Shown here piece by piece: positions 15,121 through 25,749 of a DNA stretch of 64,000 bases. Source of the stretch: a virus. Each line of letters starts with the position of its first letter. The first letter of the stretch is position 1. Made by a program: the position numbers and the translations under genes. The notes under the pieces are model-generated. The model searched no databases and was not told the origin of the DNA. It saw nothing but the letters and a program-made list of their open reading frames with translations. The stretch spans positions 1 through 64,000 of the IMG/VR virus record IMGVR_UViG_3300012929_000018. The stretch is one strand, 5' to 3'.

Positions 15121-17412
15121 TTATTGTGGCGGCGCGGGAAGAACCGGAGGATTTGGATTTGGAGCTAACGCGGGTTGGACGCCCGGCGGCTGCACGGCGA
15201 TAGGCGCGCCTGTGCCAATCGCACCGTGACGAAGTTTCGCGGCTGCTTCGGCATCTTTGAGCGCCCGATTCTGCTCGGACTCGCGCTGCTTAATTTCGCG
15301 ACGAACCTCAGCGTCCTTCACTAACTCTTGGCGTTTGACTTGGCCGTCCCTCATCATTTCCTGCTCTTTAGGAGTAGGTGGCAGGGGTTGCTGTGATTGC
15401 TGCTGTTGCTGCACTGCGGCATGCCGCATAGCATGTTCTTGCGCTGCGCGGATTCGTTCGGAAGTGTTATTCCATTGCCGGGTCAACTCGCCCACGAGAT
15501 TCTTCTGCAACGAATCCGGTTTGAGCAACTTCATGTGCTCGGCGGTGTGCTGACCCTTCAATTGGATGATTTGTAAAAGTTGGTCGTCGCCGCCGCCGGA
15601 TTCAGTTGTGGTCAAATCTAGGTCCAGATCAGGCAAGTGAGTCTGCAAATGAATGATGTGATTGTCGTTGCCGCGCTCTGTCATCGGCTTTCCCGCGGAC
15701 ATAGCGAAATTCTGCAACTCCGCGATTTCCTGATCGGCTGGCGCGCGAGCGCCCTTATCGAGTCGCGGCACGTATTCGTCCACCTGAGCGTAACCTACCC
15801 GCTGCGCGAACTTGTCGCGAAGAAGGTTGTTCTGACCGACGGGGTCCAGCGAGCCGTAGTATTGCATGAACTCGTCAAAGGCCAGTAATCGGTTGGTCGG
15901 AGAGCCGTAACCAACCGCGCGGAACGGAGTAATAACATCTGCCTGCAAAATTGCTTCTAGTGGAACTTCGCGTTTCAAGCAGCGTTCGCGCATCGCCAAA
16001 ATTTCTTTTCCGCCCGGCTGCTCTGCGGTTACGTCTTTGCGACGCGCGCGGCGCCATACTTCGGAAAGGTGGCGGCCCCATGGCTGATAAAACAAATTCA
16101 AGTTCGCAGTCGGGAGAATAGCTTCCTTCGTCAACTGAGCAGCAATTTCGAGGCGCGTCTTATCGTTCGACGTGTCCGCCTTGCTGCTCTGCAAATCTCC
16201 GGAGTTTTGCCGGAGCGTCAGACTCATTTCCTGAATAATGGGCAGGATACCTTGCGACGGGTTATTGAGTTCCCCATTCTGCACTTTGACATTCGGTGGG
16301 ATATAAGTCGCGCCCGCGTAGAACAGAATCGCCATGTCCTCGGCGGACGTTTCGCTCTGCGGCTGCAGCAATAAGCTGCCGGACAATTTGGCGTTGTCTA
16401 CCGTCTGACAGCGCAGGGAGTTGAGCACCTGCACCGCCGCTAAAATTTCATGACCGAGTCCGCGGACAGAATGCAGCGACCCGTTAGATCCCATCTCGTA
16501 GGCGAAGTAGGTGAAGCACTGGTCGATGCCGTCATAACGGTTCTCGCATTTGAACAGATACTCTGTGTTAGACCCGTCCCGCAAAGTCAGGTAGTAAGAA
16601 ACCGTTCCATCAAATTCTCGTATCCACGCGTGAGCCAGCGAAATGTTAGTCTGGGCCGAAGCGGAGGCGAACAGATCATTGTTCTTCGCCATCTCTTGCC
16701 ATTTCTCCCATACACCCGGAGCAGTTAGTTGCTGGCCCGGAGCGTGTGCGTTAAGAATTGCTTGGCGAACGGCATCTTTGTTCCAGCGTTTATCGGCATC
16801 GTCGGCTTCTTCCATCCACTTATACATTTTGCCGACGGTGATTTCACGGAACACAACCGCCATATCCAAATTGTCCTCAACCATGTCGACCTGACGTGGG
16901 AGTTTGAAATCATCTAAACCGGCGACAGACCAACGCCAGTCAATGTCATCCGAAAAATAAAGGAAACCCAAACCATGCGAAGTAAACTTCTGAACGAGAA
17001 GCTGGAAAGAAGGATCGAACGCCTTCCAGTCTTTGAGCATGCGATGAAACTCTTCGGAGATAATGTTACTCCAATGAGCGCGATCGGTGTCATCACCAAT
17101 CGGGGTAAAGATTCGGGCCAGCAGAGGAACTGAATCGGTCAGATCATAATAACCCGCCTGCTCAGCTTTTACACGCGCCTTACCGTCACCGAAGTTAAGG
17201 TTACAGCGACCCTCTTGGCCGGACTGCTGAATCTGCACCGGATCGAATGGCGGCGCGCCGTCGAGCATTTTTTGCACGTCTATGCGGCCCAAAGCGGAAC
17301 CTTCATCAGCGGTCACCATTGCCTTGATAACGAAATTCAGACTCTGCGCGTCTTTAATTCGGTTCTTTGGCGCGGCCTTAGTTACTGGATCGAGTGTTTC
17401 TAGGTCAGCCAT
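15121..17412 (-). CDS. portal protein
   Basis: 763 aa directly after TerL; helical, with DNHIIHLQTH motif and Q/P-rich tail as in podovirus-type portals. Confidence 0.75.
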   Translation of the reverse strand: MADLETLDPVTKAAPKNRIKDAQSLNFVIKAMVTADEGSALGRIDVQKMLDGAPPFDPVQIQQSGQEGRCNLNFGDGKARVKAEQAGYYDLTDSVPLLARIFTPIGDDTDRAHWSNIISEEFHRMLKDWKAFDPSFQLLVQKFTSHGLGFLYFSDDIDWRWSVAGLDDFKLPRQVDMVEDNLDMAVVFREITVGKMYKWMEEADDADKRWNKDAVRQAILNAHAPGQQLTAPGVWEKWQEMAKNNDLFASASAQTNISLAHAWIREFDGTVSYYLTLRDGSNTEYLFKCENRYDGIDQCFTYFAYEMGSNGSLHSVRGLGHEILAAVQVLNSLRCQTVDNAKLSGSLLLQPQSETSAEDMAILFYAGATYIPPNVKVQNGELNNPSQGILPIIQEMSLTLRQNSGDLQSSKADTSNDKTRLEIAAQLTKEAILPTANLNLFYQPWGRHLSEVWRRARRKDVTAEQPGGKEILAMRERCLKREVPLEAILQADVITPFRAVGYGSPTNRLLAFDEFMQYYGSLDPVGQNNLLRDKFAQRVGYAQVDEYVPRLDKGARAPADQEIAELQNFAMSAGKPMTERGNDNHIIHLQTHLPDLDLDLTTTESGGGDDQLLQIIQLKGQHTAEHMKLLKPDSLQKNLVGELTRQWNNTSERIRAAQEHAMRHAAVQQQQQSQQPLPPTPKEQEMMRDGQVKRQELVKDAEVRREIKQRESEQNRALKDAEAAAKLRHGAIGTGAPIAVQPPGVQPALAPNPNPPVLPAPPQ

Positions 17413-17466
17413 TAGATCTTCTTATCGTGCATAAGAACCGCAAAGTCGCTCGGCAGTGGGCTATTG

Positions 17467-19278
17467 TCAAGGACGTAACCACCTTGGGTTAGGATTAGCT
17501 CGCACAAGTTGGGACGGCATACTGCCCTGCGCTCCCAGCCGACGGCGAAGCATGCCCCAGCCGGTGTTGCCGACAAGAGGTTTATTAGTCGCGCGCATAT
17601 TCTCGGGAATCTTCGGCGCAAAACCAAGCCGCTGGCGCGCCAAGTCTAGAACGATAAAGCCAGAATCTGCGTAGTCAGGGCTGCATTGCATTCGGAGCTT
17701 CATGAATTTCTTCGACTCCGCGTAGATCAGTTTGTCGGCACCTGTGGTGCCATATTTGCGTTGGCACATCTGAGTCGCCATCATGCCGGGAATATTCTTC
17801 AACTGCCCGGCGCGAAGATACTCTTTACCCGAATACCAAATCTCCGTAACCCGGTCGTAGTATCGCTTATCCGCCGGAGTAGGATCGGTGAAACTAACTG
17901 GTCGGTCGCTGGGAGCGCCGCCAAACATGACGCGGAGCATACCTCGGCCCCACACAAGGTCCATCACATCACAGAACGGGGAGCCAGCGCCAGTGGCATC
18001 GCACGCCGTGTTGACGATTTCGATGTTGCGCTTGACGCACTCGTCCATGAACAGCTTGCATATCTGCTGTGAGCGATTTTCTACTTCCAATTTCCGAACA
18101 TCTTCCACCAGTTCGATTTGCTCGCCATAACTGAGCGTCAGGAGCCCAGCGGTCGAGTAACCGATTGTGGCGAGTGTCATAATCGACTTATCGCCGCCAT
18201 TCGTGAAGCCGGGGTCAAGGCCCGCGCACTGCACGATTGGGCGCTCGTCCCAAACCACCGGCCCGTCGCCTTCATTCGCGATAATGTCCGGCTGGGTATA
18301 AATCAGGTCTTCCTCTCCGACAGGCGATGGAAAGCCGCGGATCATACGCCAAAAGCGTAAAGAGTTTTCGCCGCCCTCGGCTTTACGTGCCGCTTCGATT
18401 TGATCGGCCGTCGGTAAAAATGGATATAAAGTCTTGCCGGCAATAATGTTAGGAGATTTCATGGCGTCGAAGTGCATCGACACGCCGTGCTCAGACTCCC
18501 AGCGATAGCTCTCGACGTTGATTTCTCCCCAGCCTTTCTTCGGCTTCCAAAGCTTCGCGAATGGGTCGAAATAGCCGGGCGGGTTGGCAAGGCCGATAAA
18601 TTGGTGCTTCGGGTTGGTGCACAGGTTTCCGCCCGGTAGGGCATATTCCAAGATCGCCTCGGTGAGTTCTGACAACTCATCGCCGACGATGATGACTTCC
18701 TCGTTGTGCATACCGATCAGTTTACCGACGGCCTCTTTCGCCTTCGAGCGTTCCGCCGCAATCAACGCCAAGCTGCTTTTGTCAGACGACACAAACGTCG
18801 GGGAAACGTAGCGAATCACGTTCAACGACGCCATGACTTTGAGAGGCAGCGCCGGGACCGCGTTCACCAAATCCGTCATAGAGCCCCAGATACGACGCTT
18901 GGCCGCCGGGATCGAGGTTGAGAGGACGCCGCCGAGAATCTTGCGCGCGTTCGCGAGATACTTAACTAGCAGCCACAAACCCGCGGTCTCTGATTTAGTC
19001 GTGCCACCACCGCCGCCGAAGGCTGCGTAGGAATAATGGCACAATTCTTCAATCATATCCTCGCTCCATGGGTTGCGGACGAAAATTTTTGTGCGGTTGT
19101 TTACGACGTTCTTTGGGCCCCAAACCATTTCGACGACCTTCCAAAAGTGTTCGGCTTGGCCGAGGCCGCCCTTGTCAACGGGGTGCGCGATCCGAAAGCA
19201 ATAAAGCTCTTGGTCGAGGCGACTCCACTTGGGCGAGAACTTTAGCTCATACCGCTGATTCGTCTGTTCTGTAGGCAT
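17467..19278 (-). CDS. terL: terminase large subunit
   Basis: Walker A-like GGGGTTKS, Walker B IIVGDE, LANP coupling motif, nuclease GLDPGFTNGGD, DATGAG and SPDYAD. Confidence 0.92.
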   Translation of the reverse strand: MPTEQTNQRYELKFSPKWSRLDQELYCFRIAHPVDKGGLGQAEHFWKVVEMVWGPKNVVNNRTKIFVRNPWSEDMIEELCHYSYAAFGGGGGTTKSETAGLWLLVKYLANARKILGGVLSTSIPAAKRRIWGSMTDLVNAVPALPLKVMASLNVIRYVSPTFVSSDKSSLALIAAERSKAKEAVGKLIGMHNEEVIIVGDELSELTEAILEYALPGGNLCTNPKHQFIGLANPPGYFDPFAKLWKPKKGWGEINVESYRWESEHGVSMHFDAMKSPNIIAGKTLYPFLPTADQIEAARKAEGGENSLRFWRMIRGFPSPVGEEDLIYTQPDIIANEGDGPVVWDERPIVQCAGLDPGFTNGGDKSIMTLATIGYSTAGLLTLSYGEQIELVEDVRKLEVENRSQQICKLFMDECVKRNIEIVNTACDATGAGSPFCDVMDLVWGRGMLRVMFGGAPSDRPVSFTDPTPADKRYYDRVTEIWYSGKEYLRAGQLKNIPGMMATQMCQRKYGTTGADKLIYAESKKFMKLRMQCSPDYADSGFIVLDLARQRLGFAPKIPENMRATNKPLVGNTGWGMLRRRLGAQGSMPSQLVRANPNPRWLRP

Positions 19279-19352
19279 CTGCGAGGTTGCAGCTTACTCT
19301 GAAAAATAATTGTTGCAACTGTTCATCGAGTCTGTCATTGTCGGAAACACAA

Positions 19353-19796
19353 ATGATTGCTATCGATCCCGGTGCATCTGGCGGAATGGTTTCAGCAGGA
19401 CTCGCTCTCATCGCGACTTCCATGCCGAAAACCGAACGCGATATTGTCGACTTCATCAAGTCTGACTCTAACGGGATTCATGCTACCGCTTATCTCGAAG
19501 ATCTTGTGAAATACACGGGCAGTAATATGCCTTCGTCGAGCATGGCGGTGTATGCCTCAAATTGGGGCATCATCAAAGGTTGCCTACTTACTCTCAACTA
19601 TCGAATCGTATTGGTGCCGCCAAAGAAGTGGCAAGCTGCCCTCGGTCTCGGCTCCGCAAAAGGATTAACAAAAACACAATGGAAAAACAAACTGAAACAG
19701 AAAGCACAGGAACTCTTCCCCCAGCTACCGGTAACTCTTTCGACGGCGGATGCCCTCTTGATCTACGAAGCCGCCCGCCGCAACTTGTTAGGTTAA
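19353..19796 (+). CDS. RuvC-like Holliday junction resolvase
   Basis: MIAIDPGASGG, YLE, VPPKKWQ, ADALLI motifs. Confidence 0.88.
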   Translation: MIAIDPGASGGMVSAGLALIATSMPKTERDIVDFIKSDSNGIHATAYLEDLVKYTGSNMPSSSMAVYASNWGIIKGCLLTLNYRIVLVPPKKWQAALGLGSAKGLTKTQWKNKLKQKAQELFPQLPVTLSTADALLIYEAARRNLLG

Positions 19797-20101
19797 AAGG
19801 CGATAAGATTTTATTCATCGGCGGGCCGTATGATGGGCAGAGAAAGTGCCTGCCGAGAAACAATTATCCGATGACTCAAATCCACGGCTACGTGCCGCAT
19901 GGCAACAATGCCGCCATTGACTCCGCGTGTGGAATCACCACCATCGACTATAACGTCGAACGGATTCGAGACGGTCACGGTAACTACTACGAAGTTGCAG
20001 TAGACCCGAAAATCAAGAATCTCATCGAAGCCTTAATGAAGGGCTACCATTATCATCGCAGGGATGCAGGGTTGCGGGGCTGCAGGCGCTCACGCTACTA
20101 A
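19679..20101 (+). CDS. hypothetical protein with FIGGPYDG motif (start uncertain)
   Basis: LFIGGPYDGQ, similar to LCIGGPFDGQ in 62968-63207. Confidence 0.5.
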   Translation: MEKQTETESTGTLPPATGNSFDGGCPLDLRSRPPQLVRLKGDKILFIGGPYDGQRKCLPRNNYPMTQIHGYVPHGNNAAIDSACGITTIDYNVERIRDGHGNYYEVAVDPKIKNLIEALMKGYHYHRRDAGLRGCRRSRY

Positions 20102-20103
20102 AA

Positions 20104-20280
20104 ATGAGTGGCGAGGCAGGAAAAGGATTCCGCGGTGGACGGCCGGTGAACCAAAAGGTTTACGGACCCAACTTCGATTTTATTAACTGGCATAAAGGTA
20201 AACAGGTCACACTCCCATGCGGATGCGCCGGAGATAAAGACGGTCCTGTGTTCTTGTGCCCTACCCACAGAAGTAAATGA
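20104..20280 (+). CDS. 58-aa small phage protein (not in the ORF track)
   Basis: MSGEAGKGFRGGRPVNQKVYGPNFDFINW..; fills the gap and is ATGA-coupled to the next gene. Confidence 0.65.
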   Translation: MSGEAGKGFRGGRPVNQKVYGPNFDFINWHKGKQVTLPCGCAGDKDGPVFLCPTHRSK

Positions 20281-20870
20281 ACGAGACTGCAAAAGCAATG
20301 CGCCGTCGATATGTCGAGGACGCGACCGGAATCTTCCCTTGGATGAAGATATTCAGGGGCAAAGGAATTGACGTAGGCTGCGGCCCCGACAAACTCCCAT
20401 TCGCGGATTGCCGCGGGTTTGATCTATCCGACGGCGACGCGAACCTCCTAGCCACCTATTTTGTGGAAGGAGAGTTCGACTACCTTCACGCATCCCAATG
20501 TCTTGAACATATGATCGACCCTAAGCTTGCACTGCAGACTTGGGCACAGGTAGTCAAACCCCGCGGATACATCATCTTCACCGTTCCAGATTGGGTGCTC
20601 TACGAGGGCTGCAAATTTCCTTCCCAATATAATCCCGATCATAAGTCCACGTGGTCGATGCTCTACAAAAAGAGCAACGCCCCTATTCATGTCCATGTGC
20701 CAACTATGATTCGGGAAGCTTTGCCAAAGGCCGAAGTAATGCGGGAGATGTTGATCGACAACAACTATAATTACAATATCGGCACATCAGTAGATCAAAC
20801 CTTTGACGAGTCTGATGGAGTAGAAGCTTTCATCGAAGTCGTTCTTCGACTTCCGCCCAAATCTAAATGA
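20277..20870 (+). CDS. class I SAM-dependent methyltransferase
   Basis: GIDVGCG, FDYLHASQCLEH, VKPRGYIIFTVPD. Confidence 0.88.
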   Translation: MNETAKAMRRRYVEDATGIFPWMKIFRGKGIDVGCGPDKLPFADCRGFDLSDGDANLLATYFVEGEFDYLHASQCLEHMIDPKLALQTWAQVVKPRGYIIFTVPDWVLYEGCKFPSQYNPDHKSTWSMLYKKSNAPIHVHVPTMIREALPKAEVMREMLIDNNYNYNIGTSVDQTFDESDGVEAFIEVVLRLPPKSK

Positions 20871-22264
20871 GTAGATCAACTTACCTTCCCGCCGTAATAG
20901 TTCGCTGTGACGCACAGGCTGTGCAAGTAGACCGTTTGGTTCGACATTGCCGCGAACTTGACGGCACTGAATTAATCGTGATTGAAAATCCCGACAAGAG
21001 TGTGGCCGATAAAGGCTCATTCGAACTCAATCAGATTGCCGCGAACGCCCTGCATCTGGCATTGACCCAAATGAAGGGCCGTCCGTTCATTTGGTTAGAG
21101 GCTGATTCAATTCCGCTTCGCTCAGGGTGGCGAGCAGCTATTTCCGCTGAATACAAGAAGGTTGGAAAACCGTTTCTTCTACCTGACATGACTCGGTGCG
21201 CGAAGGAAGATATGGCTTCCGGCATCGGCGTTTACCCCGGCGATTCTCATTATCTAATTCCCAAAGGATTCCCTACTCACGGTTGGGATGCGTGGGTTGA
21301 AAAACATTTGCAGCCGGTGATTGGGCGATCGCGGCTGATTCAACATCGTTACGGCAAATATTTCATGGGCGACGCCGTTCCGTGGGAGTTCCCACGCGAC
21401 AAATCCATTCTTGACCCCGACGCCGTGATATTTCACAAAGACGGCGCACAGTCTCTAATCGACTGCTTTAGCCCTTCACCGTATGCCCTCGACTTTGCGA
21501 CCGTAACCGGCCGTAAACCCGAAGCGCCTTTGTTCCGGCACGCCGGAGATATTGGCGATGTGATCGCTGCGCTTCCCATCTTTCGTGCAATGGGCGGCGG
21601 AAACTTGCTGCTTTTCCACGACAAGGATGCGAAACCTGGAATGGCGCCGCGCGAGTCGATGGAAGGTAAACGCTTCGAAGCTATCAAGCCCCTACTCGAA
21701 GCTCAGCCATATATTTACAGTGTGGAGTGGGGCACGGGAGTCTCAACCAAAGGATTCCGCGAAGTCCTGCGCCCCCGCTTCGAGAGCCTCACTGAGCGGC
21801 AGGCCAGACATATCGACCAATGGCCGGTTGACCTTTCCCCATGGCTCACTGTGCCCGGCGACGTGCAGCCCACCGATCGGGTAATCTGCTGCCGGTCTCC
21901 GAGATACCACAACCAATATGCGTTCCCATGGAAAGCCGCGGCGGAAGCTTACGGTAACCGACTTCTTTTCATCGGTTTGCCAGACGAACATTCTGCGTTT
22001 GAAGGGATGCTGGGCTGCAGGGTTGAACACGCCAAGACGGAAAACTTTCTTGAAATCGCCCGCATCATGGCCGGAGCAAGACAGGTGATCGCCAATCAAA
22101 GCTCCCCATTATGGGTCGCGATGGGGCTCGGCAAAAAGGTGATCGTCGAAGGATGCTATCATTGCCCCAATACCGAGATTCCGCGTCCCGGTAGTTACTG
22201 GGCTTATTCACCCGAGCAAAACGAAGTCGTTCGCCAAGCGTTCGCGGCCGTGGCGCGCAAATGA
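20867..22264 (+). CDS. two-domain glycosyltransferase (GT-A-like N-terminal, GT9/heptosyltransferase-like C-terminal)
   Basis: FIWLEADS and AVIFHKD in the first half; HAGDIGDVIAALP and VIANQSSPLWVAMGLG in the second. Confidence 0.7.
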   Translation: MSRSTYLPAVIVRCDAQAVQVDRLVRHCRELDGTELIVIENPDKSVADKGSFELNQIAANALHLALTQMKGRPFIWLEADSIPLRSGWRAAISAEYKKVGKPFLLPDMTRCAKEDMASGIGVYPGDSHYLIPKGFPTHGWDAWVEKHLQPVIGRSRLIQHRYGKYFMGDAVPWEFPRDKSILDPDAVIFHKDGAQSLIDCFSPSPYALDFATVTGRKPEAPLFRHAGDIGDVIAALPIFRAMGGGNLLLFHDKDAKPGMAPRESMEGKRFEAIKPLLEAQPYIYSVEWGTGVSTKGFREVLRPRFESLTERQARHIDQWPVDLSPWLTVPGDVQPTDRVICCRSPRYHNQYAFPWKAAAEAYGNRLLFIGLPDEHSAFEGMLGCRVEHAKTENFLEIARIMAGARQVIANQSSPLWVAMGLGKKVIVEGCYHCPNTEIPRPGSYWAYSPEQNEVVRQAFAAVARK

Positions 22265-24861
22265 AGAAACAGCTTTATCCTGAGCAGGTAGCGCACGCGG
22301 GCCTGCTGGCAAAATCCATTGAGCGCAATAACCATGCTCTCGACGGAAGCTCAACCGGCTGCGGCAAGACCTTGATCGCTTGCTCATTGCTCGCGCAATA
22401 CAAACGCCCCGCGCTGGTAGTCGGCATGAAAAGCACCCTGCCTATGTGGGAGCAGGAAGTCAGGCAAACTTTAATCGACGCGAAGGTGAAGCCAAAAGAC
22501 TGGCCCAAAGTTGGCGTCATCAATTATGAGAAGCTTCGCCGCGGCAGCGCGCAGTGGGGCGATTGGATCCGCAAGGGGCAGTGGCAGTGGAACCTGCCGA
22601 AAGATACCATCATCGTGTGGGATGAATTCCAAAACTGTCAGGGAATGAACACCCTCAATTCCAAAATGATGATCGCAGCGAAACCCTACACGAATATCCT
22701 GCTATCCGCCACCGGCGCCGAGGATCCGACAGATATGCGTGCCAGCGGCTACATCCTTGGCCTGCATGGGTTACGCGACTATTGGCAGTGGTGCCGTAAA
22801 AATGGGTGCAACCCGAACCAATGGGGCGGGCTCGAGTTTGAGGGCGGCGACGAGATAATGGACCGCATTCACAAATACATTTTCCCCAACCACGGCAGCC
22901 GCCTCACGCTCGAAGACATGAAGGCGCACTTCACCGAGACCCAAATTGTTACCACTCCGCTGAACTTCGGCGAGGAGATTGAACAGATTTACGAGGAGAT
23001 GGCGAAGGAAATCGCCAAACTCGAAGAGATTATGACCAGCGACTCCGATCACCCGGCGGCGCAAGCCCTGATCGAGAAGCTGCGCGCGCGGCAGCGGGTG
23101 GAGTTTTTGAAGGTCCCGACCATGATCGAAATGGCTGGCGACCTAATCAAAGAGGGGCGCAGCGTGGTGATTTTCGTCAATTTCCAAGAATCTATCAATG
23201 CCATTCGCGAGCGGTTCCCCGGCTCGTTGGAAATCAGTGGCCGCGTGACCGGGCAGCCACGGCAGGACGCGATCGCTGCGTTCCAAGAGAACCGGTGCAA
23301 GTTGCTCGTCTGCAATTCTCAGGCCGGGGGCGTCAGCCTAAGCCTACACGACTTGGATGGTAACCATCCACGCACCGCGATCATATCGCCCGACTGGAAC
23401 TCCAAACGTATTCTACAAGTGCTGGGCCGCGTGCACCGCGCCGGAGGCAAGTCGAACACCCAGCAGCACGTTTTGTTCGCCGCTGGCACCGTCGAGGTTC
23501 AGGTGGAGAAAGCTGTGCGCCGCGGGATGGAGCGCATCGGAATCTTCAATGACGGGTTGAAAAACGATTACGGAGATGGAAATCCTGTTATTATTGCACC
23601 ACCGGCGCCGAAAATTATTATTCCGGTTCCGACCACAACCCCCAACATTGGCTTGTCAGAAAAAGTGATATGTTTTTCCGACAATTCTATTGCATTTAAT
23701 CAGCCTTTACGCGACAATAAACCCACAATGACGGATGAGAAACCAGTGCCCGCGGAGTCTCTCGAAGAGCCAGCACACGCCGAGTTCAGCCCCTCAAGTC
23801 TCTCGATGTTCGAGAAGTGCCCCGGCTGGCGCAACCGAAACGAAACCACTCCCCAATCGGAAGCGGGCACCCGCATCCACAAGGCGTTAGAGAAGAACGA
23901 TATTGAGTCTCTACCGAATGACGAGGAGAAAGCTGTCGCCCAGTCATGCCAAGATTTTATGGATTCCCTCATCGCGGAGCGCGGAGTTCCAGACACAGAC
24001 CATCGCGAAGTTCGCCTCTATATCGACCTTGGCGCTGAGCTAAAAACTTTCGGAACCTGCGATCGACTTATGACGTGGGGCAAACTCGGTATCCTAACGG
24101 ACTACAAATCGGGCTACCGACTAGTCGCCGACGCCGAGGAGAATGCGCAGGGATGGTCTTACATCATCGGCACCTTCCAGCGGCCGGATATGGCTCACTT
24201 GGAAGAAGTCATCATTTACTTTCTTATTCCCAACCGCGACGAGATTTCGAGCGCAGTGTTCAAGCGCAGCCAACTCCCGGCGATGCAGCTTCGGTTGAAC
24301 ACCATCGTTCGCCGCGCCATGGCCGACAACGAATCGCAATACAACCCGCAGCCTGAGTTATGCGAGTATTGCGCCAGACAGGAGACTTGCCCGGCTCTCG
24401 CGTTGAAGGCTCTCATGATTTCCAAGCACATTGCAGCAGGGCTGCCTGTGCCAGCAAACGCCAGTGTGTCGAAAGACCGTCCGGCGGACATTCCGCAGTT
24501 GCTCCGGCTCGCGCCTCTCATGGAAGCGTGGGCGACGGGCGTGCGCAAAGAGGCGCTCAGACTGCAGATGGAAGAAGGCGTAGACGTTCGTGGGTTCAAA
24601 CGTATCGAACGCTCCAACCCTCGTTCCGTCAACTCTGTAATCGGCACATGGAAGGTTATCAAAAACAAAGGCGTCAGCCTTGAAGATTTTTTGGACGCTT
24701 GCGGCAGCGTAAGCATCCCCAGTTTAGAAGAACTTGTCGCGTCACTAGCGGTGCGCGGTCAAAAAGGACCTGCAGCCAAGCAGTTCATCAACGACCTGCG
24801 CACCGCGGATATTCTCAATGAAGGTGGAAAATCGTTCTACCTGAAAGAGCAGAAAAAGTAA
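22261..24861 (+). CDS. SF2 (SNF2-like) helicase fused in frame to a PD-(D/E)XK Cas4/DUF2800-like nuclease
   Basis: TGCGKT, WDEFQ, SAT, QVLGRVHR; then HAEFSPSS..CPG, GTRIH, FGTCD..TDYKSG, CEYC..CP. Confidence 0.88.
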   Translation: MKKQLYPEQVAHAGLLAKSIERNNHALDGSSTGCGKTLIACSLLAQYKRPALVVGMKSTLPMWEQEVRQTLIDAKVKPKDWPKVGVINYEKLRRGSAQWGDWIRKGQWQWNLPKDTIIVWDEFQNCQGMNTLNSKMMIAAKPYTNILLSATGAEDPTDMRASGYILGLHGLRDYWQWCRKNGCNPNQWGGLEFEGGDEIMDRIHKYIFPNHGSRLTLEDMKAHFTETQIVTTPLNFGEEIEQIYEEMAKEIAKLEEIMTSDSDHPAAQALIEKLRARQRVEFLKVPTMIEMAGDLIKEGRSVVIFVNFQESINAIRERFPGSLEISGRVTGQPRQDAIAAFQENRCKLLVCNSQAGGVSLSLHDLDGNHPRTAIISPDWNSKRILQVLGRVHRAGGKSNTQQHVLFAAGTVEVQVEKAVRRGMERIGIFNDGLKNDYGDGNPVIIAPPAPKIIIPVPTTTPNIGLSEKVICFSDNSIAFNQPLRDNKPTMTDEKPVPAESLEEPAHAEFSPSSLSMFEKCPGWRNRNETTPQSEAGTRIHKALEKNDIESLPNDEEKAVAQSCQDFMDSLIAERGVPDTDHREVRLYIDLGAELKTFGTCDRLMTWGKLGILTDYKSGYRLVADAEENAQGWSYIIGTFQRPDMAHLEEVIIYFLIPNRDEISSAVFKRSQLPAMQLRLNTIVRRAMADNESQYNPQPELCEYCARQETCPALALKALMISKHIAAGLPVPANASVSKDRPADIPQLLRLAPLMEAWATGVRKEALRLQMEEGVDVRGFKRIERSNPRSVNSVIGTWKVIKNKGVSLEDFLDACGSVSIPSLEELVASLAVRGQKGPAAKQFINDLRTADILNEGGKSFYLKEQKK

Positions 24862-24902
24862 CCCAAACCAAATAGAGAAAGGTAATGAAAACCAAATAAG
24901 AT

Positions 24903-25709
24903 ATGGCAACCACATCATTCAAACCCAGAGTAGCAAAAGCAGACCCGGCCCCTCAGGCCGAACCCGCGTCCGTGGACAACGGCGGTCTTACCCGCGTGAG
25001 CGAGGAGACCACAGATAGCAAAGCAGTCGCAGTCCGTGAGGACCGCGCACCGGCTTTAGCTAATGGCGATCAAGCTTTCGCCGGAGCATGGGATCGAGAC
25101 GACATTCGCTTGCCACGAATCAACCTCGTCCACAAAACCTCAGATAACGAACTGATCAAAAAGTTCGGCATCGGCGGTTTCTGCTTCAACAAGGAAGTGA
25201 AACTCAGCGACGGTGAAGCGCCAGGCATCACGGTTGTAGCAGTTCGCGCAGCCAAGGATTATGTCCAAAAACTGCCATACGGCTCTCCGGAAATGCCAGC
25301 GGTATTCAAGAACGCTGACGAAGTCGAAGCCAATGGCGGCTCTTTGAACTACAAAGACGCCGACAGCGGTAACTTCTTCGGCCCGCGCGCGCACATCCAA
25401 CTCCTGATCGCGGCTCCGGAAGGCGCCAGCGATGCGGACTTGGCGTTGTTCCCTTACGACTTCAATGGCAAGGCGTATGGCTTCGCGATCTTGACGGTAG
25501 CGTCGAGCGCATTCACGAGCGTCGGCAAAGAACTGGCGACCCTCTGCAACAACAATAAGGTCATGCGTAAAGGGATGCGTTACGGCGCCCTCGCACTGAC
25601 GAGTGAGATTCGCAAGAATGCGAAGAACTCGTGGCACATCCCGGTGATTAAGTTCACTGGCGAGAATGACGCGAAGCTCGTCGAGTTCATCGAAGGCTTA
25701 CTGGCCTAA
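24903..25709 (+). CDS. putative single-stranded DNA-binding protein
   Basis: Follows the nuclease and precedes the polymerase; DIRLPRINLV and NSWHIPVIK segments. Confidence 0.5.
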   Translation: MATTSFKPRVAKADPAPQAEPASVDNGGLTRVSEETTDSKAVAVREDRAPALANGDQAFAGAWDRDDIRLPRINLVHKTSDNELIKKFGIGGFCFNKEVKLSDGEAPGITVVAVRAAKDYVQKLPYGSPEMPAVFKNADEVEANGGSLNYKDADSGNFFGPRAHIQLLIAAPEGASDADLALFPYDFNGKAYGFAILTVASSAFTSVGKELATLCNNNKVMRKGMRYGALALTSEIRKNAKNSWHIPVIKFTGENDAKLVEFIEGLLA

Positions 25710-25749
25710 TTCAAACCCTGCGCCTGCACTGCGGGCGCAGTCTTGAATT

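Noticed and set aside
23728-24861. Cas4-like nuclease as evidence of a CRISPR-Cas system
   Set aside because: Stand-alone Cas4-like nucleases are normal in phage replication modules; no array or other cas genes
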